A DNA stretch of 64,000 nucleotides from Epiperipatus broadwayi. Its lineage: Eukaryota; Animalia; Onychophora. The translations under genes and the position numbers were made by a program. The notes beneath the pieces were generated by a model. The model was not told the DNA's origin, ran no database searches, and worked only from the letters and a program-made list of their open reading frames with translations. Positions 1 through 12,398 of the stretch are shown in pieces. Position 1 is the stretch's first letter, and each line of letters begins with the position of its first letter. The stretch lies in the NCBI GenBank assembly GCA_028023455.1, contig JAQFVV010000001.1:12772001-12836000 (forward strand), given 5' to 3'.

Positions 1-3000
1 GAAAGATAGACTGCATTGACACTATAAAGACATTCTAATGAGATTCAGTTACAATTGTTTTCATTGAAAGAATAAGACTAAGAATGTAACACAACAAAGA
101 ACTAAATTTAAACAATGTGAGGAAGTCATTCAGGAAAAAAGACTGCAGCCAGAAAAAATAAGGATGCAGAATATCAAACGAACAGACTGAAAGAACAATA
201 ATTAATGTATATGATCTTGTTTTTGTTTCAAGGATCAGTTTGTATATCCATCATAATATTCGTTTTTAAATTTTTTGATCTTTTTTGTTGCTTTCTTTTA
301 TTCTAGAGTTAATATGGCATGATTGACTGATGATGAATATATATATATATATAATTATTATACCACATATTCTTGAAATTAGCATATTGCATGTTTTTAA
401 AACCCATCAATAAAGACATCTGAAGAAGATAAAAGATGCCCAAGATAAATATTTATGCTGAACTGTCTTTTTCAGTTGGCTCACATCATAATCTCTTTAA
501 AAAAACAGACATTCATTTTTATGTGAGTTCAAAATTTATATCTAAACTAGCAATGATACGATAATCTCTAGCCTAAAAAGTGACTGATAATAATCATTAA
601 TGTTTTATCAAAAATGGATGAAGTCAAAGATATGAGTGCAAAAATTTCAATATTTGTACATCAAATTATAATATAATATATATATTATATAATGTTATTC
701 TGTTGTTTTCAATAACATCTATAAATAATAATAATCTATGTGAAGTTAGACATTCTACAATAACTGATTTAAAAATTATGAAATATTTATGATAGCAGTT
801 CACAAATTATAGACAAGATTATATCCCAAGGACTTAAAATCACACCTCACACCCTTCTTAAAAACATAAATATTTTTATCTCAGTGATAAGATTACCTTC
901 TGGCTATACCTTGTTGAGCTTATGTTATCTTGGTTAATAACTATAAGGTCATATTAATTCACATTTTGTAAATGTTAAATAATATAGGTAAAATTATATG
1001 CTATTTATAAATAAGGTTACTAGTATCTTTATTAAAGTGAGTGAGTACTGGAATAACACCCGTTTAAAGTTTTCCATTTTATAACTAACTGGACAGTATG
1101 AAACCGATCATACAAGCACACACACACAAGCTAATACTAATTGACATCATCAAGCAATATTATGCAATGATTAAGTATTAAAATTTGATAACCATTGTTG
1201 CTAATTTGTTACTGCTTGCTATTATTACTTAACACAATTTATTCTGTAGTCTTAATATTAAGATTTAACGAACCATTTTCATTTATTAAATTGCATTATA
1301 AAATCATGATTTCTCTTAGAAGAGTTTTTATTTGATTTTATATAAAAGTAAAATTGCATCCAATAGTTTTATATATATATAAAATTACATCCAATAGTTT
1401 TATATATATAAAATTGAAAGAATTATAAATTACCTACTTTTTAAAAAAAAATCTAAAATTTCCATCTAAACAATAGATATTTTTGTTTTAAGATATAAAT
1501 CTATAATAAGTATATTTTATTATTCTAATTAAAATACAATAAGTTCGAAAGTGAATTCCTCCACACTAAAGTTATGTTAGAATATAAAGAAGAAGAAGAA
1601 TATTGAATATGTTGAAAATAATGATATTTTCATTTGTAAAAAGCTACTATGATGATTTCTGAATGGGTGTTTAGGCATCAAATTGTTGCTAATTTTGTTT
1701 GGATACAGCTGTAATGCTGTTTAATTTTGTTTCCCCCCCCCCCAGTATGGAGTTTTGTTTGGTAATTTTAATCCATTCTTTTTTATTTTGTACAGGTGAA
1801 CTGGTATCATGGTTTGCATGTTATGGAAAGAGATGTTGATAGAAGAATGATTTTGATATTTTGTGAAGGAAAGCAATCAGCAGAATAGCTTCTGACAGGA
1901 TTCAGAGAAGTAAAACAATTCTGATATGATCCAGAGAAGTAAAATATTTCAGAAAAAAAAAAAAAAACAAGTTTTAAAATATTTCCAAATAGCTCTTGTG
2001 GAAATTAGTAATTATAATTAAATCGAATAGTTTATTGCTGTCGAGAACTTTAAAAAAAGTTCTAATATTACAAGTATCATTAAACCACACAAGGGATATA
2101 AAAAAGAAGAGTGTCTAAAGAATAATTTGAGAAGATTATTGTCTTACAATTTATCAGATCACAGTCAATAATACTGATTATAAACGTATCTAGCTGTAAC
2201 TTATGAAAAAATAAAGGCATACAAATTTATTTCAAGTCTTTTATTCATCCTAACATTAATTCCGTTTAATTGTCTACACACAGAAATAATTATAATAGTT
2301 TAATTAATTGTCAAATATGTAACAGTGAATAAAAATAAAACTAATATTTTCTACTTACAAAACCAAAAAATGAGTTCAAAGTAATTTTTTATATATTTTT
2401 TTATCATTTATGTTGTCAACATGCCTCACTAAGATACATTTACAGATGAAATAAAATGTCCAGCAAAGTGACATACTTTGATAATTAGCAATACCACTTA
2501 TAAGTATATTTTGCACACATGTAGACAGCAGAAAACTAAAAACATTCTTAAAACTAAGACTTATACAAAAGACGTAGTGAAAAAGATTAATATATCATGA
2601 AATCAATTTGAAAAAGTTAGCTAGGTAAAATTGAAATAGATAATGCAATAAAAAAAGTTGTAATTATTTTAATAGAGTAAAAATTGACAAAAAAACTGAT
2701 GATGTTCTAGTTGAGTTCTTAAAGATTGTAAAAGAAATGAATTTGAGAGAATTAGTAAATGCTGTAACATAATTTATGACAAAGGAGAATCACCAATAGT
2801 CACAGTTATGGTTTTTACCGAGTAAAAGTTCAATTCTGTGAACATCACAATTTTTAAACTATATGCAGTTTTGGTTATTTTCTGATGTCACATGCCAATA
2901 GATAATAAATTTATATTTATAAGTGTGAGAGTGAAGACTGAAAAAAAGAGAAATGGGAGTTATCATCTTGACTTAATGCTTTAGTTATTATTATCAGTAT

Positions 3001-5639
3001 TTATAACTAAATTAATCATTATTATTCTTACAATTTTCTTTCCATGTTATGTGACCTTACTATCTTCTGTCATATAAGTTACAACAGGGCCTGATTATAA
3101 TGAGACTTTCAAACTATAGATGCCATCTACATTGACAGTGATAATAGGATTGTATGTTTGTGCAATCATATTTCGAATTTTTATTTAAGTCAAAGCAATT
3201 GTCATAAAGAAAGAATAAAGAATAATATATATATATAAAAACCCAGAAAAAAAAAATTCTAACATAAGCATTTTCCCCGCTCGTAATGAAAATATTATTT
3301 TGTTTTAAACTTTCAATATTTTTTTATTTACTTTATCTTTTCTTTCCTTTTTCTGGAGTTGAAATAGTCGCATTTATTTATGAGAGTCTGCTTATAAATG
3401 ATGACTATGTAAAATAATTCAATTATTAATTTCATTCATTTATAAAGTGAAAATAAATAGCAAAATACCGATTATAATATTTGATCTAAAATAGTAATTA
3501 TAATGTTAAATGTGGTAGATAATGTAAAAATGCCATAATTAAATTTTGAAGGAAGTTATTTTTTATGTTAAAGATCAGTAATAAAACAATAAAAAACTGT
3601 CTTTTTTTATTTTAGGCGATTAACTTTTCAAAATTATTAAATCAAGATAAAAATTAATAAGTATTTTACAAAAAAGTACATTAATTTTTTGTATCTTCTG
3701 ATAAGAATTATTCCCATAGTTTTTTTTTTCTTTTCAAAATCATTATATTTAAAGTAAATCTTAAATTAAGAAAGAAAAAAAACGATTTTCTCTAGTGTTA
3801 TTATTTTTAATGATAATAATAGGGTGAGGATAAATAGTTGATAAGAAATATTTTGACCAAAAGATAAACTAAATAATTAAATTCAAGGATCAATAAAGAA
3901 GCATGACTTACATATTAAATAAAAAGCAACTTAATGCTTATAACATATTTAAAAAAAATAATATCAGCTGTTTTTTCATGTAATTAAAAAAAAACTAATA
4001 AAATATACAAATAAAGTTTCTTTTAAAAATTTTAATTTTTGTAATATAAAATTTGAAATGAACTTTAAAATTAGCATTATTATAGTTCAACATTGCATTT
4101 GTGTTACTGATATTTATTGATAAAATAATATATAATAATAAAATTCTAACTGGAGTGGTAAAACTCTTACAAAACCATATATGAGAAGTATAGTGTACAC
4201 TGGATCAAATGATTCCACATATAGGACACACATATTCAGTCTTTCTATATTTATTTGTTTATTTAATATCATAGTTATTAACAACTTATTAATTTGTATA
4301 AACAATCTTCATGAAATGCAAGGTTAGTAGGTTAGATTGTCAATAATCATCTCAAAATTCTTAAAAAGTATTAATTTGAAAATTTATAATAATGTTCTAA
4401 TTAGACTTAAAAAATACGGATTATTTTCCATCTACTTTTCCAGGAATTAATTCAAAAACAAACTACTCATATGTTATATAATTAATGTATTATAAGACAA
4501 AATTATACATTAACAATTCAATGATATATTAAATATCACAAATTTAAATTATTTATAATAAATATTTTTACAAAATAATTATAAATTTATATTATCATTT
4601 ATAAATTTTAATTTGTTTCTTCTTTACTACATTTATTAGCATCTATTTTAATATTTTTAACTTAAAATTGCTAATATACTATTTTTGTAACCTTTACAAA
4701 AGTCAAAACTTTCTGTCTACATCACATGGAGATTAAAAAAAAAAAACAATTTTTTTTTTTGTAAAATGAAATTACTTTCAGTAAATGTTTTACAACAAAT
4801 GATAAATTTATTCATAATTTTATTTTTAACAGAAGAATATCAACTCATCATTTATATTCTTTTGTAAGTGATAATGTTTATCAATAATCTATTTTTTATA
4901 TTTGTAGAAATGTGATCAATAATTTTTGCTTAGCTGAAAATGTCTTTTATGTGATATTAACTGTTTAATTAAGTTATACTTATAAATGATTTAAGTAATT
5001 AAAAAAAGTTATACAAATCATAAAACTCTATGCTTTTGCTAAACATATGCATTTTTTTTATTTAACTACCACTAATTTATCACAAACTATGATAGTTTAT
5101 TTTGTTTTTAACATTTTGTTGATAACATTTTAATTCCATGAAAAAATGTACAGAGAAAAAAAACATTATTGATAAATGTAAAAGTTAAATGATATATTTT
5201 GCATATATTTACATTTTATGAAAATTTTATTGAATAAAATATAAAAGATAAAATAAATATATATGTATATATTAGTTTACAAAAAATTAGAAATTTTATC
5301 TTTAAACTATTTTAAATTTAACTCCTATAAATTATATTAATGCCAAATATTCGTTGTCAAAAATACTTTCAGCCATAAAAGATATTACAGTAAAATCATT
5401 TTAACATAACCAAATATTAAAGTAGATAGAATGAATGAATAAGAATTGCAAATAAAATAATTTTTAACTATAAATCTGAATTTCAAAGAATGTATATAAG
5501 GTAATTATTTAAATAGAGAGATATGAATTTTCAGTCTATTTATTCTCCACTCTATCTCAAGCAGCCGATATTCATAGTCACATAAATGCAAAAAAAGATA
5601 CATCCATCATCAATATATATATATATATATATATATATT

Positions 5640-5810
5640 GTGCAGAACCAGCATTCATCAGTTGGGCTAGATAATAATCTCCCCCCCCCCCCATATATAT
5701 AATCAATGCTCAGTTTATATTAAGATAGCAATTCCTCAGACTTTAAAGAACAGGCTTCAATCTTACTATTCAACTGTCCATATCATTGAAAAACTGATGA
5801 CGGAACAATC
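5640..5810 (-). mobile_element. Partial copy of hammerhead-bearing repeat family C
   Basis: accagcattcatcagttgggctagat and tgctcagtttatattaagatagc...caggcttcaa align with 27319-27480. On the minus strand CTGATGA is present but the GAAA half is lost to an (AT)n run. Confidence 0.65.
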
Positions 5811-8800
5811 AAAACTCTTGGTGGATTTGATATTATTGCCATATCCATGTGATTATTTATAAAAATGTTTGCATGATATTTGTTAATGTATGATCAATAA
5901 AACACTCATTCATACAAATGGGAGAATGTAATGCAAAATGTAAACCTAAATATCATTCCCCAATTTTAAAAATGTTGTATTCATTTATGGGGTGATATGC
6001 TTTAATAAATATTAGGTTCATGTGCCTTCCAATAACAGTTAAATGATTTGTTCACAAATTTCTTTTTTTTTTTTTTTTTTAGAAAAAAGAAAAACATGCT
6101 GAGATCTAATCAGTAATTTTTTTTTTAAAACCAATGTTAAACTAAAGGCAGTATTTTAATACAAAGACATCAAAATCTTGACTGCAGAATAAATATATAA
6201 TTATTGTTATTTTTAAAAAAAATTATGAAAGTACTTTTATTTTATATTTAATTTATAAATTTAATTAAAATGCCAGTTTAATTTTTATTTTAAACGAGCA
6301 TTTACCTTTTTTTATATATAAAAATATTTATTTTATTTTATAGGATTGTTTTTACATTATTTACAGGCAATGAATTATTGATATGATGGGGTTTACATTA
6401 ATTGAGTTTTCTTTATTGGGATTGGTTTTGTAGTGTTGACCATATTTGGTTTGGTTCAGATGGAAACCAAGCTACATGTTGCAGCAAAAATGTCTGGGGG
6501 AAATAGCGTTCTATCCCTCTTCTTAATTTTTGTGAGTTCCCCTAGAAATATTTATTGATTGTTAATTGTTGCTTGATTGAAGATGAGTGTGCATATAACA
6601 AACCACATTGTAAAAAGTAAAAAGGTAGTCATTCCTAATGGATGGGAAATATCTTTTTATTATGCTTAGCATTAAGGTGGTTATTGTTGGTTTGTTGTCT
6701 TTGGCAACATAATTTTATAAGTTTTTACCCTACATTCTTAAATGCAATCCCCCCACCCCTAGTTATCAAGGACAGAATGATTTAAGTGGCCCATATTACA
6801 GATTATGAATAATCATAAGTAGACATATCTATGATCAAAACTAGCACCTCTCTTGTATATAAACTAGCTAAGTTGTTTTTAAATATCTTCTTTTTATGCA
6901 TTACGGTTCTTTCATCATAGAAATAGTAAAATGTTACATTTTATATTAATGTTTTAATCAATTATAGGTATTATTAAAATTTACTGATCAAACTTTAAAA
7001 ATAAGTTAGCATATAACTGAATATTTTTAAAAAAAAAACAAACAACCGTTCTTATTGACTTAAGTCAATTTTCATTTTTCAATTTATTTTAAATAACACC
7101 AAAGACATTGTATAAAATCCTGTATAAAAAATTGCAAAGTTATTTACCACAGTGAGACAATGTGATGTCTCCATACAATTATATTAATACACCCCTATAA
7201 ATAATGTAAAAAAATGATGACAGTAGTGATTTTAGAAAATGAAAGTAATTATATTTTCTATTCTAATAAAATAAATATTAAATGTGAAAAATGAAATGTT
7301 AAAGAAGACTAGTAGTTTTTTGAACATTAACAGAAAACTAAGTTGTTACTGAATCTTTGTTAGTTAAAGTTCTATTTTTTTATTCTATCGAGTGATGTTT
7401 GTGAAATGAAAATATACTAGGCTTTGACTTACAAAAATATTTACTTTAAGTTTTAACCATATTTTGGCATATTATTTTTGTATGTACATAGATATAGAAA
7501 TATTTTAATATGTGGAAATAGTTATATTTTTATATTAGAAAAAAATACCATGCAATCACTGAAAATAAACTGTAAATGCTTTTTTTTTACATTCAAAAAT
7601 ATACCTCTTGTAAATAATATCTATTAAAAATTATTAATTTATAATATCTAATTGATTGGTGGAACAGTCTATTATTAGTAAGAAATATGTGAATGATTGT
7701 GAACTTTCTTTCCTTAAAATGTAAACATATACTGTGGAGCTTTAGTCTCTATATAAGACCAGAGATTGCATTTAGAAGAGGTAGCCTTCTGAATGGGAAA
7801 AAGCATTTAATGTTTGCTATTTTTATCGATTACTGTTTATTAAAATCTGACAATGATTTTTTTAAATATGAAAATATAACATATATTTCCACATATTAAA
7901 ACATTTCAACAATAACAACTGTTAAAATATATATATATATAAAGAGATTCTGGTGCAAAAAAAATAAGTCCATCTGCCATATCCCCTGAGATTCAAATTC
8001 AGTCTGAGTAAATATTTTTCAAGAAACTTAGAATCTTTTTTACATATTACTAAATATACAAACTCATCTAATCATTCAATATTAGTTAATACATATTTAT
8101 CAATAGTTAGAAGATAAAGTAAGACTGAAAACCCCTTCAAATTCATAATACCCTGAAATAGATAAGCCTATAGAATAATGTTTTTTCATCACTATGTTTT
8201 TACAAAAACTATTTGATTATTTATACAAAAAATGGCTGTTTTACAAGATACATTTACCAACATATGATGAGTCTGGTAAATTTTTTTTTCTTCATTGACC
8301 AACTTTAAAAGTCTATTGGACCTCTGTGTAGTTTAATGCAATATTAAAATATTAGACTCAAGACCTAAACAGCTATGCATCCAACTTAATGTGTCACTTC
8401 TGGCACTTGAACACCCTATGATTATTTGATTATTATTAAGGACTGTCAGAAATGATTTCATCTCATATTAACCTATTTAAAAACATTTTATCTATTTTTA
8501 CTGATAAATTACTAAATATATTAGAATCACAACATTTTTTTAATATTTCATTTTTTTTTTTTCAATTCTACAGCTTCCAAAATACCTGTCTCATGTTTGT
8601 GATCATCCAATTGCTATCGCAGATGAAAAAGGAGTAATTGTTTCAACTATTTCCTGGATATTTATTAGGCTAGCAAGTATAGACAATAACATTTTTGGGA
8701 TTCAAATTAACTTCATAGAAATAATATTTACAACCTGAATTATATTGACCTTTAAATAATATTCACAAGGGTAGATATTTAATGTAGCACCTTTTTGAAT

Positions 8801-9742
8801 TTTCAATTCATTACAATTGTGTAGTAGAATACTTAAAATTAATATTTAATTGAATAAAAGTGTAATTTGTTCAAGCAATATATTAATATATACTAATAAT
8901 AACACTTGAAGTCAGTTGCCATTATCTCTTTATGTTAATACTTTTCTTAAATTAAAAGTTTGTTCACCTTCATCTTTTAAAGTACTAAAAATGCCCTGTA
9001 CAGGTTAACAACTCATGGAAAAGAAAATAATATTGTACATGTTAAAATAATGCAATAGGATAAATGCAAAATAATTTTTGATAATTTAATAGATAATATT
9101 GATGATTTTTTGCTGTAAGATAATTTTTCATAATTTAGTATATATATATATATCTCATATAAAATGAAATATTTTTAAAGTTCAACCTTTTTCTAAAGAC
9201 ATTTTTAAAATTAAAAATTAGAAACAATTTTTTATTTTACAATAGACATGTATTTTCATTTTTTTATTATTAAATGCTTTTATTAAAGTTAAAATATCTG
9301 TTTGTTTGTTGGTATATTTGTTTGTAAACTTTTATAATCACTTTTATTAATTAAGTTAAAATACAATTTATAAAATTGGGATTTAATAGATTTAAATTTA
9401 ATAGAATTGGTTCAAATTTGGTACATAAGTAAAAAATACCAGGCAAAGCAAAATGTGACTCTAATATTTTAAGTAGGTGATATAGTTTCTTAAATATAAA
9501 AGAGAGGATGGGGAAATTTTTATTATTTTGATGTCAAATTTAAATAATTGTTATTAGAAGTTTAATGTTTCAAGTAAAGCCTGTGAAAAGGATGGTGTAA
9601 AGATTTTTGTTTTGCTTTCAATTTAAAATTATAACAATATTTTAAAATCAATATTTAATAGATTTAAATTCAATATAATTTGTTGAAATTTTGTATATAT
9701 ATTTTAAATCTTTACCAAGTGATCGCACACAATAATATTTTA

Positions 9743-10545
9743 AGCCAATAAACATCACATAATCACTATTTCTTATGCTTGCTCTTAACTGTTATTAAAA
9801 CTGGCAAAACTCTCTATATGTATTGCCACTCAGTCCAAGCCAGAGTAATCAATAAATGTCAGAATGCTTGTGCATAAAATCCCCATCTAGTGCCTACTCA
9901 TACAATATCCCCAGACTAGTTTTTGGTTTGTGGCCTTCATCAGTGAGAAGCCTTGGATTTAAAAGCACTGCACCTAGATCTTAGGATCAAATGCAATCCT
10001 CCAGCAACCATCTTTTATCTCTACTTAACTACAAAACTATGAGACTTAAATTTAAAACACTATATTTTCAATCCCCTCATCAGCTTATATAGTCATATAG
10101 ATCTGAACTCAGTTCAGTACCTATACATTTTGGTGTCTTTGGTTCTTTAATAACCATATCCACCACTATGCTATTAGGCAGGATTGGTTTTAAGCCAATA
10201 AACATCGCAGGATTACTATTTATTGTTTGCTTTTAGCTGTTATTAAAACAGGCAAAACTCTCTATACATATTGCAACTCAATGCAAGCCAGAGCAAGTCT
10301 CATAGTTTTGTAGTTAAGTAGAGATAAAAGATGGCTGCTGGAGGGTTGTATTAGATCCTAAGATCTAGGTGCAAAGCTCTCAGATCCAAAGCTCCTCACT
10401 GATGAAGGCCACAAGCCAGAAACTAGTCTGGGGATATTGGATGAGTAGGCACTAGATGAGGATTTTATGCACAAGCCTTCTGGCATTCATTGACTACGCT
10501 GGCTTGCACTGAGTGGCAATATGTATAGACAGTTTTGCCTGTTTT
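9743..10545. mobile_element. Hammerhead family A insertion 1 (non-coding; tandem + inverted arms)
   Basis: Minus-strand unit ~9737-10190, a second minus 3' fragment ~10192-10292, and an inverted plus arm ~10293-10550. Flanked by the exact repeat aataatatttta (9731-9742, 10546-10557), which overlaps the element ends. Confidence 0.85.
10393..10434 (+). ncRNA. Minimal type I hammerhead ribozyme (family A)
   Basis: tcctca-CTGATGA-aggc cacaa gcca-GAA-ACTAGT-C-tgggga. Core is intact, stem I is tcctca/tgggga, stem III is palindromic, GUC triplet. One mismatch at the base of stem II. Confidence 0.8.
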
Positions 10546-10831
10546 AATAATATTTTAGATAGGTGACCTAGTTTCATGGATATGGAAGAGTAGGGGGCAT
10601 TGAATATTTTGATATCAAATTTAAAAATTGTTCTTAGAAATTCAATATGTGTTAAGTATACATGTGTGATTTTCTTGGTTTCATTTAAGTTACAATAAAA
10701 AAGTTAGTTTACAATATAGCTTTGTAAAGGATTTTTAATTTTTTTTTTTTTCAAATAAAAAGAACAAATGTCACAACTTTTAACAGAAAATTTACTTAAT
10801 GCTTTATTACACACACACATATATATATATA

Positions 10832-12358
10832 TTATAGTGTCACCCATTATATTTTATATTGCCATTGTACGCTTCTACCCGTAGCTTCGAGTGAGGATAT
10901 TTGTGAGCATGGTCTTATTCCATCTCATGCGCCAATCTTACACATGGATAAGAATTATCTCATCGAAAACGTAAATAAGGGTTCGGGTATATATATACCT
11001 CTATTTATGGTAGCGCATCCATACCAGCTCAATCTCAGGGTTTGGGGACTATAGTCTAACTAGAGAACAAAGCTAAACACTACCCAACTAAGTCTTATGT
11101 GTCTATCTATTCTGTCCGATAATTTATCCGTTATAAATCTAATAACCCAACCCGAATGTTATCATACAATTTACTCTATTTATTACCATACTCAATACCG
11201 ATAAAATCTCATTTATCCATGCATATAAATATATCAATATTCAAGTGCAGCACAACCCATTTACCCTGATACACACATATATAGTTCATATACGCATCAA
11301 AATAGTGCAATTATACATCAGAGCTGTTTATTTAAAGTTGTTATTTTATTTAATTTAAAAGAGATTTATTATAGCAATTAATATTGAGGTAACATTAGTT
11401 TCTTTACCAAGACGCATTCATTGAACATATATTTAGTGTAAACGTCAATTACCTTAAGTACCATCGACTGTTCACACGGTCAAAGACAAGTCCGCATTTA
11501 TAATTCTCCACGAATACTGGTCTGGTTGATATAACGGATGGCAAGTATTTCCAATATGGTATATCGAATAGCTTATTCTGGAGGTGGAATAGATGATTCA
11601 CTCACTTTATGAAAGGGTCCCATTTCATAGATCTTTCGTCGCCATTACACTTGATGAACAAGAACTCTTTGTATAGCGAAGTTCGTAGGTCCACTTCAGA
11701 TGAGTTCCACGACAACTGTCCACTGGATCGGTTAACGAAACTAGCACTATTGAATTACCCCGACATTTTGGGTGAGAAATATTAATAAACTTCCTAAGAA
11801 AATTTATACGTCCACACACTCTGTAGTCAAAGCTGCGTTTTTTTTTCCTTTTTTTTTTTTTCTATCTCCTTTCGAGCCCACAAAAAAGTTTTCACTCTTT
11901 AACTTTGTAAAATTTTCTTCCAATATCCCTACGCCACTGTCCCGTTCTTCTATTGTTTTCCAAAAATACCCACCTGACCCGTTTTCAGACTTCTTGATGC
12001 CAGTTATTACTAAACCACCTACAGCAACTGATTTATTTCTATTTCTATCTTCATATGTTCAAAAGATTAATTAGCAAAAGAAAACACATGTTACCGACAA
12101 TATTATTAAAACCAGACTTAAAGAAAAATTTTAACGGATAAAATATATACTTAACCATCACCGTTAATACATACACACATTTTATACTCACATATACAAA
12201 TATATTTATATAAGCATACCCACCTAACATTCACACTCTTTGTAACAGGGTTCGAATGACTATTTACATATATATCTTTTCGTATATAGTTGCTCAACAT
12301 TAACACTCGCAATTAGTAATATATTACATATGCTTGTATTCGAACCCTGTTTGTTACA
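10832..12358 (-). repeat. 3' LTR (1527 bp)
   Basis: Aligns along its length with 16628-18202. Begins TGTAACA on the minus strand immediately after the PPT. Confidence 0.95.
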
Positions 12359-12368
12359 TACCCCCCTG
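12359..12368 (-). other. Polypurine tract
   Basis: Minus strand reads ...ccaGGGGGGta|TGTAACA, preceded by a purine-rich stretch (agagagggataaaggatagaagg). Confidence 0.75.
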
Positions 12369-12398
12369 GTGCGATAGCCTTCTATCCTTTATCCCTCT

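Noticed and set aside
327-390. CTGATGA...GAAA hammerhead-like spacing
   Set aside because: The putative stem II encloses an (AT)n run, and there is no stem I/III pairing or second copy.
1796-1890. Acceptor-like tttgtacag followed by a short open frame (possible host exon)
   Set aside because: Stops after ~30 codons, no recognisable domain or partner exon.
10062-10085. Second hammerhead-like motif in family A (CTGATGAggggattGAAA; counterpart near 47550)
   Set aside because: Stem II and stem I do not pair in either copy. A consensus from more copies would be needed.
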